64,000 nucleotides of DNA from the NCBI GenBank assembly GCA_964252035.1, contig OZ176201.1; one strand, 5' to 3'. This document shows, piece after piece, positions 33,401-45,410 of this stretch. The notes under the pieces were generated by a model that did no database searches, was not told where the DNA came from, and saw only the letters and a list, made by a program, of their open reading frames with translations. The DNA is from Podarcis erhardii (lineage: Eukaryota). Both the position numbers and the translations under genes were made by a program. Each line of letters starts with the position of its first letter. Position 1 is the first letter of the stretch.

Positions 33401-36400
33401 AGGAGGTGAGCTGGGGCTTGGCAAGCGCAGGATGACGGGCCACGCCAGTGCAGGCTGCACAGTCCCCTTTCACCTGCTGTTCTCTGGTTGCAGGTTTCAC
33501 CGGTGGGTTCGTGGGGACCCCAGCGGACATGGTGAATGTCAGGTCAGTGGTCTCCTTCCCCATTCCCTATGGCTGTGCTTCAACCTTGCCCAGTTCAGCT
33601 CCCCCTGACCTGTTCACTTGACTCTTCACACTCCTACTGAACTCGGGGACATTCCATGGGGATAAGCCCACACAAGGACTTCCACCAGTTCAGTGGTGTT
33701 TTCCCTCTTCGTGCCCCCTTAAATTGGCTCGGGTGGGCAGGGGGGTTTGGAGAGTCCCTGCAGCTGCATGCGGGTGGAGGAGAGGGCTGATCATTTCACC
33801 ATCAGAAATGCTTCTGCTGACAGAGAAATCTGCTTAGTACCAGCTGGATAGCTCAGTGGGTTAGAGCATGGTGCTGAAAATGCCAAGGCTGCAGGTTTGA
33901 TCCCAGCTGCATATTCCTGTATTGCAGGGGGCTGGATTAGATGATCCGTGGGGTTCCTTCCAACTCGATAATGATGATGATGTACTATTTATACCCCACC
34001 CATCTGGCTGGGTTCACCAAGCCACTCTGGGTGGCTCCCAACAGACTATTAAAAACACCAAACATTAAAAACTTCCCTTCAGATGTCTTCTAAAAGTCAG
34101 ATAGTTGTTTATTTCCTTGACATCTGATGGGAGGGCGTTCCACAGGGCGGGCGCCACTACTGAGAAGGCCCTCTGCCTGGTTCCCTGTAACCTCACTTCT
34201 CGCAGGGAGGGAACTGCCAAAAGGCCCTCGGAGCTGGACCTCAGTGTCCGGGCAGAATGATGGGGGTGGAGATGCTCCTTCAGGTATACGATCACAAAAT
34301 TCCGACCAGCTACACAGAATTTAGCCCATTGCCTCTGCAATTCGCCTTGCTCTGGGGCAAACTCAGCATCCTATTGGGGGGATGATTTGGGAAAGACTTT
34401 TGTTTCCCCATGAAAGTGTCCTTAACGCTGTGATGCTCTTCCCTCCACAGGATGCAGAATGACATGAAGCAGCCGGTGCATCTGCGGCGCAAGTGAGTGT
34501 CCAGATTGCAGAGGGGGGTTGTACAGGAGATGTACAAGTGCGGGAGAGGCAGATAATAGCATTAAGGAGGGGGACCCTGTGAAAGCCTTTATCCCTCCGA
34601 AAAGGATTGTACTGAAGCTGCATGGCCACAGAGGGGCAGCATGGATCCTCAAATTCCAGTTGTTTGAAGCTCAAAGACATCTTTCTGAATCAGGACAGCA
34701 CCCCCTGGCGACCAAAGCCCAGGGTTCTATAAGTCCCTACTAGATCTGGAAGAGTCCATAGTTGCAGCCTTCTGTCTGGTATGGCCAGTGGAAGTAGCAG
34801 CTGCAGCAAGATGGGTTTAGGTGTCTAATATGGTCTCTCTTTGCTTTCTAGCTACTCGCATGCTCTGGATGGCTTGTATCGGGTTCTTCGTGAAGGTAAG
34901 GATTTGGTCAGCGCGCAGTGTGGCTAGTTTGAGCTTCTGAGAGGCCACAGGGAGCTCACCCTGAATGAAAGAAATTGGCCTTGGGGAGAATCTGCTGCAG
35001 CCTCTGCCCCCTTTTCTATACGGAAGTGGGAGCTGTTAGGTTACAGGCCAGTCCCGGTGCCAGGAAGCTGGCAAAACCAGTGCCAGGAGAAGGGGCAATA
35101 CCATCCAAGGCAAACTGCCTGGAAGTAAAGCTGGTGGCAGGATGAGAGCCTGCGAAAGTTGCAGGTACAGCCTTTGTTTAGTGGCTCTTTGGGATCAGTG
35201 ATAGGAGCCCCTTGCAAGCTCCTTTTGAGTCTGGCAGCCGCTGAACGTTTGGAAGGGAGAGGGGTGAGTAAGCTGGTGGGAAGTGCAGGGGAAAATGGTG
35301 ACCTGGAGTTCACATGGGTAGAATTCAGAGTTGACCACATACTTGGCTTCTAGAGCGTCACAGAGAACAAGCATATGGGGCCCAGGGAAAAGGGAAAGAG
35401 GAGACTAAAAGGGTTGTTCCTTCATGTGTGTTAGAGAGAGAGGGGCGGTGGGGGGAGAGGGAGATTGGCAAGTGGAGAAAATAAGACCTACCCCTCTTGC
35501 CTTTAAAGTCCAGTGGAAGGATGAGGAATGGTAGCTTCCTGCTCCATGTTGCTCTGGAAATTGAGGACATGCAGCCTTCACTGGTTCAGATCCACTGTGG
35601 CTTGCCCCCAGGCAAGTGCGCATAGATTGGCAGCTGGACTGGGTTTCAAAAAGTGAAACTGTCCAAGAGCAGAGAGACCCAGTCTGAGCAACTGCCCCTG
35701 TCCTCTGTCCCTGATTAGTTTCAGCAGTGTTCTCTCTTCCACAGGCATCTAATAGGAGACCTTATCTTCTCTGATGCTTTGATTTCTAACCACAGATTTA
35801 TATTTTAATCTTCCAACCACAGATATTTTATTGTGATGGGGCCTCAGTATCTCTGCCCTATCAGGGCTTCTGATCGTCTGGCTTTGGCTAAATGAGGAGC
35901 TATTTCATAACCTTTTAAAACCAACCTGTGCTAGAATACAGTGAAGTCTTTTATGGATTGGCTCTGCTTTCTAAGCACCTAGTAGATTATAACATCATTC
36001 CTGTATCTTTGGGAGCAATAGAGAATATCCATTCCTGTGCAGTGTCTTAGTGGCTGGGAGGCTGTGGTTTCTGAAGAGTTGACGAGCAGAAAAGCACTGC
36101 TGTTTGTAGACTGTGCAACCTGGTAAGCTCTACCCTGTATACCCCCATGCTTTGAATCCCTTTTGTCTTTGCAGAGGGTGTGAAGAAATTGTTCTCGGGA
36201 GCTTCAATGGCAGCAAGTCGAGGGGCCCTGGTTACTGTTGGACAGGTAGTGATACAAAAAAGAACCATAGTTGCTGATGGATGTGTACCTAAATCCAGAC
36301 CACATGTGTGCATATTCAGCTAGGCATATACCCACCGCAATGCACACCAAGGCCATATCTATATGCCCACCTTTCACCCCAGGCATGAAATCGATTGACA

Positions 36401-39400
36401 TGTTCTCTATCCACCTGGGGAGGGAAAATAGAATTTAGTAGAAATCCTGTCCTGTTACAGTCAGATGTAATGGAAGAGACACCTGCTCTGCAGTTGATGT
36501 GGGGAAAGATTTCTAGTCCGGGCATAACCTCCCCACAAGAGCCAGTCTTCCCATTGGGAGGCTATAGGCAGCTGCATTCAGACAGCAGGATGCAGAAGGT
36601 GACATGTATTTGCAAAATCTGCAGACAGCACTAATAGCTTTTGACTCAAAATGTTAAAATGTTTGAAAGCTTCTTTTAGTCTTTGGGCCCAAGGTTAACA
36701 GGCTAGTTTGTAGGTTCCTTCGTACTGTCTCTCCTGTCTCTGGGGCTGCAAGGGGCTGGGGTTGGGGGGAGAGGAGAGGAGAGGAGAGATCAGGCTCTGT
36801 GGGTGAACATCTAGCAATTGTTTTCTCAAGGTGGGAGATTTCTGCGAAAAGGTTCCACTGGTGTAAAAGCACAAGTGACCCAGTGTAGGCTGGAGAATGA
36901 GATCTTATATTTCCCAGTCCACCTGTGTCCTCAGCATAATGGCTTAGGACTCTTAAAGATGGGTTAGGCCAGGGGTGGTGTCCAGATACTGTTGGACTCT
37001 CATCACCTCCAACCAGCAAACATAATAACAAGGGATGGTAGTCTAGAGAGCCCCAAGTTCCCCCGGATTAGGCCTACAACTTATCTCCCTGGCGGTACTG
37101 ATGGGACAGGAGATTTATCCGAGAGGGCTGAGGATTAGTCACACTTTTGCCACTTGTCCTCCTGATACACTGCAGAGGCTGGTGTCACTGTCTTGCCTGA
37201 TCCCTTGTGGTTCAACGGAGAATGGACACTCCGTTTCAGGGCCAGTCTGTCTGCTTGCTCATGAGTGCTGGGAGATTTGGGGCCAGTCTCACAACTTTCT
37301 GCTTCTCTGCAGCTCTCCTGCTATGACCAGGCTAAGCAGTTGGTTCTTGGGACCGGTTTCCTCTCCGACAATATTCTCACCCATTTCTTGGCCAGCTTTA
37401 TTGCTGTAAGTGGATACCTGGGTGTGGGTGCAAAGTCAAGGATTTTATTTTGTTTGTGTGTGTGTATTCATTGGGGTTAAAGCCATGATGCTTGTTCCAC
37501 CTTCTGGGGGAGATGGAGGTCCAAAGTCGAAGTCCATGGAGTTACCAAGAATGGATTGTTACAAAGGTCCAAGTCCTTCCCTGCAAAGACAGCATTTCAA
37601 ACCCAGAAAGCTCATCATTTAAAGTTGGATTGTCTGGCAATCCATAGCTGGGCAGTAAACCAGACCTGCACAAGTGGTAATGCTCCAAGATAAACACAAT
37701 GTTTGGCCTTCCTGAGATTGTAAAAATATGGGGGAGGGTGGTGGATGATGGTGGTGAAGTATCTACCATACTTGACTGGGGCTTGGTGGGGACCATACAC
37801 TGTTTAAGCCTGTACTAGGCTCACGACTCCTTTGTAGCTCCTTTGTAAAGCTATTACATTACTGAGCATCTGCTTGGACCCAGTAGTTATTCTACTGGGT
37901 GCTGTTTGGAATTAATAAGACCATAAGCAAGGTTTGACAAAGGGAAAAACGGAAAAGGGAAGGTAGGGCTAATAACAGGTACTGCAGTGTAGAAGAGGCT
38001 GTTGTGATTCTGAAACGGTTTTGCCCAAGAAGTTGGTTTTATAGAAGGCTTTGAAAGGTTGGTGAGAAAGAGAATTAGCCGGATAGAGGGATGGGGTTCT
38101 TTAAGGTCTGGGGCACTGTGAAAGAGGCGCTTCAGGGAACTAACTATATATTCCAGTGCAGATCATGCAAGATGATTTTGTGGCCTCTTCCCATTTATTC
38201 TGCTCCATGGCATAAAAACACAGCACGCGCCACACACTAATTTAAGGTAACTGTTTGGTAAACCAGTGGTCTGCAAGTAGAGAGAGAAATGCCTTGCCCC
38301 TCCCCTGTTTCATCACTGGATTTCTACTTTTAACACAGCGGTGGAGTGAGATATTGCCCTTTCCTCCAACTACCATGGCTAAGGGAGCTGGGCATGTTTA
38401 GCCTGGAGAAGAGGAGGTTAAGGGGTGATATGATAGCCATGTTCAAATATATAAAAGGATGTCACATAGAGGAGGGAGAAAGGTTGTTTTCTGCTGCTCC
38501 AGAGAAGTGGACACGGAGCAATGGTTCCAAACTACAAGAAAAAAGATTCCATCTAAACATTAGGAAGAACTTCCTGACAGTAAGAGCTGTTTGACAGTCG
38601 AATTTGCTGCCAAGGAGTGTGGTGGAGTCTCCTTCTTTGGAGGTCTTTAAGCAGAGGCTTGACAACCATATGTCAGGAGTGCTCTGATGGTGTTTCCTGC
38701 TTGGCAGGGGGTTGGACTTGATGGCCCTTGTGGTCTCTTCCAACTCTATGATTCTATGATTCTATGATTCTACTACTTAGCAGTATGTCAGTTAATAACT
38801 AGCTTATCATGTGGGCATGCTTCTGGTGACATTCGCGCCATGCCCTGTAACCCAGGATTTCAAAAAGGCTCTGCTGCCATCACACCCTCCCTTTTCATTG
38901 CAGGGAGGATGTGCCACATTCCTGTGTCAGCCCTTGGATGTGCTGAAGACACGCCTTATGAACTCCCAGGGGGAGTATCGGGTGAGTGATCTGATCCCTG
39001 TCAATGGCTGTCCCGATTTCCAGTCTCTTGATTCATTGGTTGCTTGAACTAAGCATCATCCTATAGATATCACTGGCCTTCTGGCCAGCTTTCTGTTTTT
39101 TCTTTTGCTGCTGCTTGATGCCATGCCTCTGAGCATCATTCTGGCTGCTGCAGCTCTTCAGCAGTTTGTGACTGGCAGAGATTGAGCCTTGTAAGGAGAG
39201 GAATGGGATCTGTACTGGGCATGGGCATGGGCTGACTTCTTTCTCATTCTCTCTCAGGGTGTCGTGCACTGTGCAGTGGAGACGGCCAAGCTTGGGCCAC
39301 TGGCTTTCTATAAGGTAATGCGGATGCAGCAGGAGCGTTGATGGGTGATTGCACCAAGTAGACCAGGCACGCAATGCAGACAGCACAACTCCTAGCCCTT

Positions 39401-39854
39401 CCTAGTCCTGCATTCCGGCCCTTTTGGTCCCTAGCCACTGTGCTTCTCCAGTTTGCCTCCCTATTCCCAAGATGGCTTCACTCCTCCATTGCATTCTTTC
39501 CCCTGCCCCAGTTCTGCAGCTGCATGCCAGGCTACCTGGCCTTTAGGTGATGCCAGGTGAGTGAAAAAGCCTCATGTGGCTTCAGATACTGGAGTAGACA
39601 CATGGGATCAAAATCTGGGCTTCTCTCCACTGGGACCCTTTGCCAGCTGCCTCTTTTTCAAGCCCCACCTTCCCTCCTCGGTCTAGCTGTGCAGCTTGCA
39701 GCCACGATTCCAGGATTGACAGAAGCTGACCATAACCAATTTCCTCTTCTAGGGCCTTGTTCCTGCTGGCGTCCGCTTGGTCCCTCATACGGTGCTCACC
39801 TTTGTTTTCCTGGAGCAGCTGCGCAAAAACTTTGGGATCAAAGTGTTGGCCTGA
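27080..39854 (+). CDS. SLC25A10: Mitochondrial dicarboxylate carrier (DIC), 286 aa, spliced
   Basis: Exons 27080-27169, 32198-32317, 33291-33405, 33494-33542, 34451-34492, 34852-34895, 36175-36245, 37313-37405, 38904-38981, 39258-39314, 39753-39854 (TGA), all GT-AG, 861 nt. Three carrier signature motifs: PLDLLK, PADMVNVR, PLDVLK. N-terminus RVSRWYFGGLASCGAACCTH; C-terminus EQLRKNFGIK. Confidence 0.97.
30332..30816 (+). mobile_element. 5'-truncated non-LTR retrotransposon (ORF2 C-terminus with CCHC knuckle; clade uncertain, L2/Crack/Daphne- or RTE-X-like)
   Basis: Open frame to TGA at 30691: YRRAFTLARLDVLPSAVLEGQFQKIPPEKCLCPCGDGSTETAAHVLLSCALYKDLR (C-x-C-x9-H-x4-C). Short 3'UTR, AATAAA at 30789-30794, (TCTTA)n tail. 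Possible low-complexity TSD ATATATTTT. Confidence 0.75.
30826..30980 (-). mobile_element. Degenerate MIR/CORE-like SINE
   Basis: CATTTAATCCCCAGGACAACCCTGTGAGGTAG core and GGATTTGAACC B-box complement. Confidence 0.55.
30988..31133 (-). mobile_element. tRNA-derived SINE with CR1-type tail (Squam3-like)
   Basis: Reverse complement reads CAGCTGGGGATAGC...GGTAGAGCATGAGACTCTTAATCTC...GTGGGTTCTAG...GGACGAGGTGAC...CCCTTCCAAATC; possible TATAAAA TSD. Confidence 0.7.
33841..33970 (+). mobile_element. tRNA-derived SINE with CR1-type tail (Squam3-like)
   Basis: CAGCTGGATAGCTCAGTGGGTTAGAGCATGGTGCTGA...GCAGGTTTGATCCC...GGGGGCTGGATTAGATGATCC...CCTTCCAACTC. Confidence 0.75.
33975..34290 (-). mobile_element. 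L2 LINE 3' end
   Basis: Minus-strand peptide HPHHSARTLRSSSEGLLAVPSLREVRLQGTRQRAFSVVAPALWNALPSDVKEINNYLTFRRHLK; near-identical to 6932-7254. Confidence 0.85.
38378..38772 (+). mobile_element. CR1 LINE 3' end
   Basis: LRELGMFSLEKRRLRGDMIAMFKYIKGCHIEEGERLFSAAPEKWTRSNGSKLQEKRFHLNIRKNFLTVRAV; (ATTCTATG)n tail. Confidence 0.92.
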
Positions 39855-41701
39855 GGGAGAAGAGGGTCTGCCTTAGTTAGAGGCATAAACCTGGAGGACC
39901 GGGGGCGGGGAGGGCTTGGACACTACGACCCCCCACAGTGCCCGGGTATCACACACTATTCCTTTGCCAAGGTGCGGCATTCTTAACAGTGCCCCTTTTA
40001 GCCCTGCGGCACCAGCTGAACTCTCGCCGAATGCCCACTTTCAGTGCCTGACAGTCTCTCACAGCTGCTAGCCAACCCTATGGCATTGCTTGGTGCCTGA
40101 TGGTATGACAGCCAGCCAATCAGAACTCTCTCCTTTAGTGCCCAGTAGCAGTGAGCAGCCAACCTCTTCCCACAATGCCTTTCTCCTATGCCCAGCAGTT
40201 CACTGGAGCCTCCATTCCTTGCCGTTAGCAGCAGCACCACAATACTGTCTGCCGTGCAGTAGTAACCCTGCTGACCCCACAGCATCTCCTCTTAACGCCC
40301 CACAGCCCCACGAATGCCCTCGTCTTGTCCATCGGCATTGCAACCACTTGCTACAGGAGCCCTGAAAGACTGGAGTTGCTTCTGCGCTGTGCCATGGGCA
40401 GTAACTTGCTTCTTCCGCAATACCACCATCTTTCTCTGTCCTCCCAGTCTCCTTTGTTGTTTCTTGGGGGGGGGGGGGGAGTTGGGTGCCACGGCCTCCC
40501 AGCTCCCAGTCACCTGGCCATGCTGAGCACTGCTTTCTCCCCTGTTCTTCTGGAGCAGAAGTGCGTCTCCATGTGGGGAGGTAGAAACTTAATAATAATA
40601 ATAATGTTCTCTGTCCATTTTTAAATGTTTACGAGTGAGCTGGAGAGAAGTTCTGTTAGTTAATGATGGGGCTGCCGATAGCAATACACCTGGCGGGCAC
40701 CTTTTCCTTCTTACCCTTCAGCGTCCCAGATTTTTAAATGTTTCTACGAACACAAGGTCCGGCCTCCTCCCTTTTTCCTACCTCAGTCTCCTCTTACCCC
40801 TCAGGTCTACTGTGTGAGGCAGGGATGGCCCCTTGTATTTAACTGTGACTGGTAGTAGTGGTAGCGTAGGGCAAGCAACACCACAGTCTATGGCCAGCCT
40901 AGGAAGCCTTGCCTCCTTCATTTTGCTTCTCGCTTTAACCTTGTTCAGCCAAAGCCTCCTGAAACCAAAGGGCCTCCTGGAGGAGGGACACTAATGAGAG
41001 CAGAGAATAGGTTTCTGAGGTATTCCTCTAACTAGCAAGAGTCAGGTTACTCAGCCTGGGGGAGAGAACGTTTGAATCCCTTGTGACACCTCCTTCGCTT
41101 CTCATGTACCCCAAGTGAGCAGGCCTCTTGGCATATGATAGTGGAAGGGTGGTGGGGCTGTCGTTAAGTCGGCAAGGCCTTCACTGAGGATCTGGGACGG
41201 GGAGAACATGGTCCGTATTTTGACCCATGGCATGGGCTAAGGTTGCAGGGCAGGGGGAGGCCCTCTGTTTACTAGGTTTACTCTAGAGTAGGTGTCACAG
41301 ATAGACATTGTGTGCCTCTTAAGCTGCCAAACTTTCCCTACTCCCTGCCTGATTTATCCTCTGGCAGTTCCTCTGAGCCTCTTGGCAGTTTTGGAGGGAG
41401 CCTAGACGGCTGTGAAATCTTTCCACGTTGCCTTGCTTTTTCTGTGATGTTGTCAAGGCCCCGTTCTGTAGCACTGATTTTTTTTTTTTAAATGCCTCTG
41501 GATCTGGCCCACGCCTAATGAAGTGATTGTCGTATCGGCCGTTTGTCCCTTGTTTCTGCTGGCCTTTGTTTTGCCAGCATGTGGTGCCCCCCTCACTGGT
41601 CAGCCCCCCCCCCCCCGGGTGTGAAGCGTCATTCCAGAGGATAATGACTCTGCAGGGTCGAAGAGCCAGAGCAACTAAATCAGCACTTTTGTAATCATGA
41701 C

Positions 41702-41707
41702 AATAAA
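41702..41707 (+). terminator. Probable SLC25A10 polyadenylation signal AATAAA
   Basis: First canonical AATAAA seen after the stop codon (about 1.85 kb 3'UTR), followed by T/GT-rich sequence. Confidence 0.55.
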
Positions 41708-42288
41708 GTAATTTTGAAAAGCAGGTGTTGCTCGTTCCTGAAGCACCAGTCCCTTTCAACTTGTGTCATATGACTTCGGATTTACATCCTCCAAGTTCGC
41801 TCTGTTGGGAAAATGACTGAGAAGGCTAAACGGTTTTGTACAGTGCTGTTATTTAAAATGTCCCTCAAATGTGGCGTATTGAACCATTTTTAGTTAACAG
41901 TTTCCACAGAGAGAGAGAGACGTATTCTCATTTTCAACAGGTGCCAACCTAGCATGGTTGAGTAAGCAGGGCTAGTCCTTGTTGCAGCAAGTTGCTTCTC
42001 TTGCCAGACTTTAAGGAATTTGATGTCCAAATTGTGCAGATCCACTTTCTCCTATGCAGAATCTTGCTGTGGTACAAAGTGCAGCAGGAAGCTACAGGAC
42101 TTAAGATTGAGTCCCTTCATTGTATGAGGCAAATGGTATAAACCCACGTAGGGGGGTGGACCAGTGTTAGAGCCTCCGCCTTACATACAGAAGGTCCCAG
42201 GTTCAGTCCCTGGAATCAGCAGGATTTTAGTGGGCAGCCCTGTTCTGTCTCAAACAGAGCATGAGGAAGCGGTGTCTCAAACACAGGT

Positions 42289-42451
42289 ATAGATTGGTAG
42301 CCGTGTTGGTATCTGAAGAAGTGTGCATGCACACGAAAGCTCATACCTAGAACTAGGTATCTGAAGAAGTGTGCATGCACACGAAAGCTCATACCTAGAA
42401 CTAACTTAGTTGGTCTTTAAGGTGCTACTGGAAGGAATTTTTTTATTTTGT
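42289..42451. mobile_element. Short Penelope-like element insertion (forward stub plus inverted fragment) with 12-bp flanking direct repeat
   Basis: GGTAGCCGTGTTGG stub, then hammerhead units and ACTTAGTTGGTCTTTAAGGTGCTACTGGAAGGAATTT. Flanked by TCAAACACAGGT at 42277-42288 and 42452-42463. Family assignment is from recall of squamate Penelope ends and the hammerhead. Confidence 0.7.
42308..42403 (+). ncRNA. Tandem pair of minimal hammerhead ribozyme motifs (Penelope-derived), able to form a double hammerhead
   Basis: Two identical 48-nt units. Each reads GGTAT (helix I) - CTGAAGA (core CUGANGA) - A - GTGTG/CATG/CACAC (helix II) - GAAA - GC - TC (cleavage after C) - ATACC (helix I). AGCT is palindromic. 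Confidence 0.75.
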
Positions 42452-42775
42452 TCAAACACAGGTGTTGTCCCTATGCTATGGCTGCCAACATTTATCTACC
42501 CCATACTGTGTGGCTTGCATGAGAGGTGCGTCTGGACAAGGCGCTAATTGGGCAGTAGAAGAAGGCCAAGGGAATGCACATTCGTCATCTTAACAAAGCT
42601 TAATTAGGTCTGGCAATAACAGCGCTTTGTTCCCAACCCTGCTCTTTGTGCCACATTCCAATATCTCCAGGTAAGAACAACCTATGGACCTCTTAAGTGG
42701 CTGAGGCACCTAGCGACAAAAAGACTGGAAGTTGTAATGCTGTGGTAGGCGACAGGTGGTTCTGTGCCATATATT

Positions 42776-43082
42776 GCGTGGGTGGCACTGTGGTCTAAGC
42801 CACTGAGCCTCTTGAACTTGCCAGCCTAGCAGTTTGAAAGCACACCAGTGCAAGTAGATAAATAGGTACTGCTGTGGCAGGAAGGTAAACAACATTTCTG
42901 TGTGCCCTGGCTTCTGTCATGGTGTTCAGTTGTGCCAGAAGCGGTTTAGTCATGCTGGCCGCATGACCCAAAAAGCTTTCTGTGGACAAATACTGGCTCC
43001 CTCATCCTGAAGCAAGATGCGCATCACAGCCCATAGTCTCCTTTGACTGGACTTAACCATTCAGAGGTCCTTTACCTTTACT
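42776..43082 (+). mobile_element. Sauria SINE (internally deleted)
   Basis: GGGTGGCACTGTGGTCTAAGCCACTGAGCC head, CAACCTAGCAGTTCGAAAGC-like body, (ACCTTT)n tail. Confidence 0.85.
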
Positions 43083-44910
43083 TTTTTACTGCAACTCTCC
43101 CATCCTTGACCATTTGTCATGCAGGCTGTGGCAGCTGGGATTTGGGAGTCTATAACAACATCTACAGAGCCACAGGTTCTTCACCCCTGGGGATCTGACT
43201 TGCACCCCTTTTAAGATACATTAGATCCCTATGTCTTAGTGTGATTCTGGGGGCCAGCAGCTGTTGGTTGGCACTTATCCTCTGTTCCTTTCCCCTATTT
43301 ATTTAGCCTCTCCAAGTAGGATGCAGATTGGATACTGAAAGCTGCGCTGTTCTGCACAGCACAGAGAGCTTACTGCCCGCAGAGGCAAGTGTGCTGCTCT
43401 TCCTTTCTCCCCAGCTTGATGCATTCAGTCCTAGGTTGCTGCATGATGCATAAAGCACTGGAGCTGTGGAGATGGCTCCAGGCACTGTCGGCACTCAGCA
43501 GATGGAGCTTGGGTGCCGACTGTGCTCTCGGTAGCCCCAATTAGTGATGGAGAGGAGATAAGCATATGTGACTCCTGTCTCCTCTCTCACCCCTTCCAGC
43601 GCGTTGCCAGAATAACCTGGGTCTGGCTGACCTGTGCTGTAGCAGGACAGAGGGAGGTATCACACATTGCATTTGTTTAGAAGCATGTCCTGACGGTGCT
43701 TTCAATGCATGCCAAAAAATGTAGGTCTAGCAAATGCCTGTTTGGCTATGCTTGTCAGGGAGCTAGGATTGAACATAATACAACTGCCTTGTTGGTCGCC
43801 AGCCAGACAATTTTGGGATGTCTACAGGTGGGGCATGAGCACAATACCCCTGTCTTGCTGCTGTTCTCCAGCTGCTGGTTTTTAGAAGCGTGCTGCCTCT
43901 TGTCCTGGAAATAGTATTTGTCCACCATGGCAGGTAATTGTTTGATTTGCTGCTGTGTGTGTAAAATTGACTACAGAACACTAAAGAAGATGTGGTCAGT
44001 CAGTCTTTTATATGAATATATGCAACATCGTTCAGAGATGCCAAGAACCTAAGCCACATGGTGTGGTCCAGCAACTGCACCCCTGTCAATTCACAAAATA
44101 CATGCCAGGGTAGCTGGATGTTTCCTACAAAGGACGCTGGTTTTTCCTAGGATAGAGCAAGGACTGCACAATATCCTGGCTTAGCAGGTGGGGTCAGGCC
44201 AGCAGGAAGCTGGCAAATGCCTCTAACTTCTTGCCATTCAAAACAACTGCCAAATGAGTGTGGAGAGTGCTACAAAACACTGAACAGAACTGCACAATCC
44301 CTGATCTGAGTAGTGTCTTGGCTTTACACATTATTTCTCCTATTTGTGTGTCTCTCTGGCAAACCTAGGCACTGGGATCAGGTATTCAGCTTCTAGTATT
44401 CGTTAGGCTTGACTTAATGGTCATAGTGGTGTAACTTTGCTTAGCCATGGAAAAAACAGCACAAATGACAAATGTCAGCCGGGGCAGTGGCAAGGTGTGT
44501 GTAATTTAGTTCAAGCAACATGTATTTCAAACTCAGCCCCTGTTCTGAGTTGGTGCTTACTCCACAACTAAAAGGGTAGCCAGACTTGCTTTCACCACTG
44601 CTACTGCTTCCACTTGACTAGAGTAGTTTGGTTTAGGTAGCATAAGGAGCCCTGAGTAGTATAAGCAAGGGTACCTGGCAGGGGGGCCAACATGAATAAA
44701 ATATTGGGGGGGGGGAGCTGGTAAGCCCTGCCCCCCATAATCACATGATGGCAATGCCCACCACCTTTTGGAGGGCCTAGCTCCCTCAAAATTTTTTTTG
44801 GGGGGAGGAACCTAATAGTACCTGGGACTGAAGTTGTTCAGCACTGGTGCTTATGAACCCTCATTGACGCAGGATCAAGCTGTGAAGTTTTCCCTGCAGA
44901 GGCTGTAGCA

Positions 44911-45046
44911 CAGGCTTCCTCAAACTCAGCCCTTCAGATGTTTTTGGCCTGCAGCTCCCATGATCCCTAGCTAGCAGGACCAGTGGTCAAGGATGCTGGG
45001 AATTGTAGTCTCAAAACATCTGGAGGGCCAAGTTTGAGGAAGCCTG
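44911..45046. mobile_element. hAT MITE
   Basis: Perfect 16-bp TIRs CAGGCTTCCTCAAACT / AGTTTGAGGAAGCCTG; perfect 8-bp TSD CTGTAGCA (44903-44910, 45047-45054). Confidence 0.92.
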
Positions 45047-45212
45047 CTGTAGCACATCATGCTGCATATAATTTCAGTGCTCCCTCCTGAAACATTTCCC
45101 TTCATTGCATTCTCCTTGTTCACATGACAAATGTGTATGCAAAATGATATTTTTAAGGATGCAGCATGTTTCAATGTGTAATACACATTCCGGTGTGATG
45201 CCTGCTGCCATG

Positions 45213-45410
45213 TGGTTAGAATGTCAGCCTGGGACTGGGCAGACCAGTTTGAAACTCCATCAGCCATGCTCCTCACTAGGTGACCTTTAGCCAGTCATCC
45301 TCTTTTGACCTATCCTAACCCACAGGGTTGCTAGAAGGATAAAATGGCGGGGGGATGGGGACTGTTTGCTCCATCTGGAAAGTCTTGGAAGAAAGGTGAG
45401 ATATTAACCC
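45213..45410 (+). mobile_element. Degenerate MIR/CORE-like SINE
   Basis: GTGGTTAGAATGTCAGCCTGGGACTGGG head; GGTGACCTTTAGCCAGTCA and CACAGGGTTG core-like motifs. Confidence 0.55.

Noticed and set aside
42308-42403. CRISPR-like direct repeat
   Set aside because: Only two abutting units with no spacers, no cas genes and a vertebrate context; explained as a Penelope hammerhead duplication.
43482-43600. H/ACA snoRNA
   Set aside because: Two hairpins are present, but no ANANNA hinge or terminal ACA.
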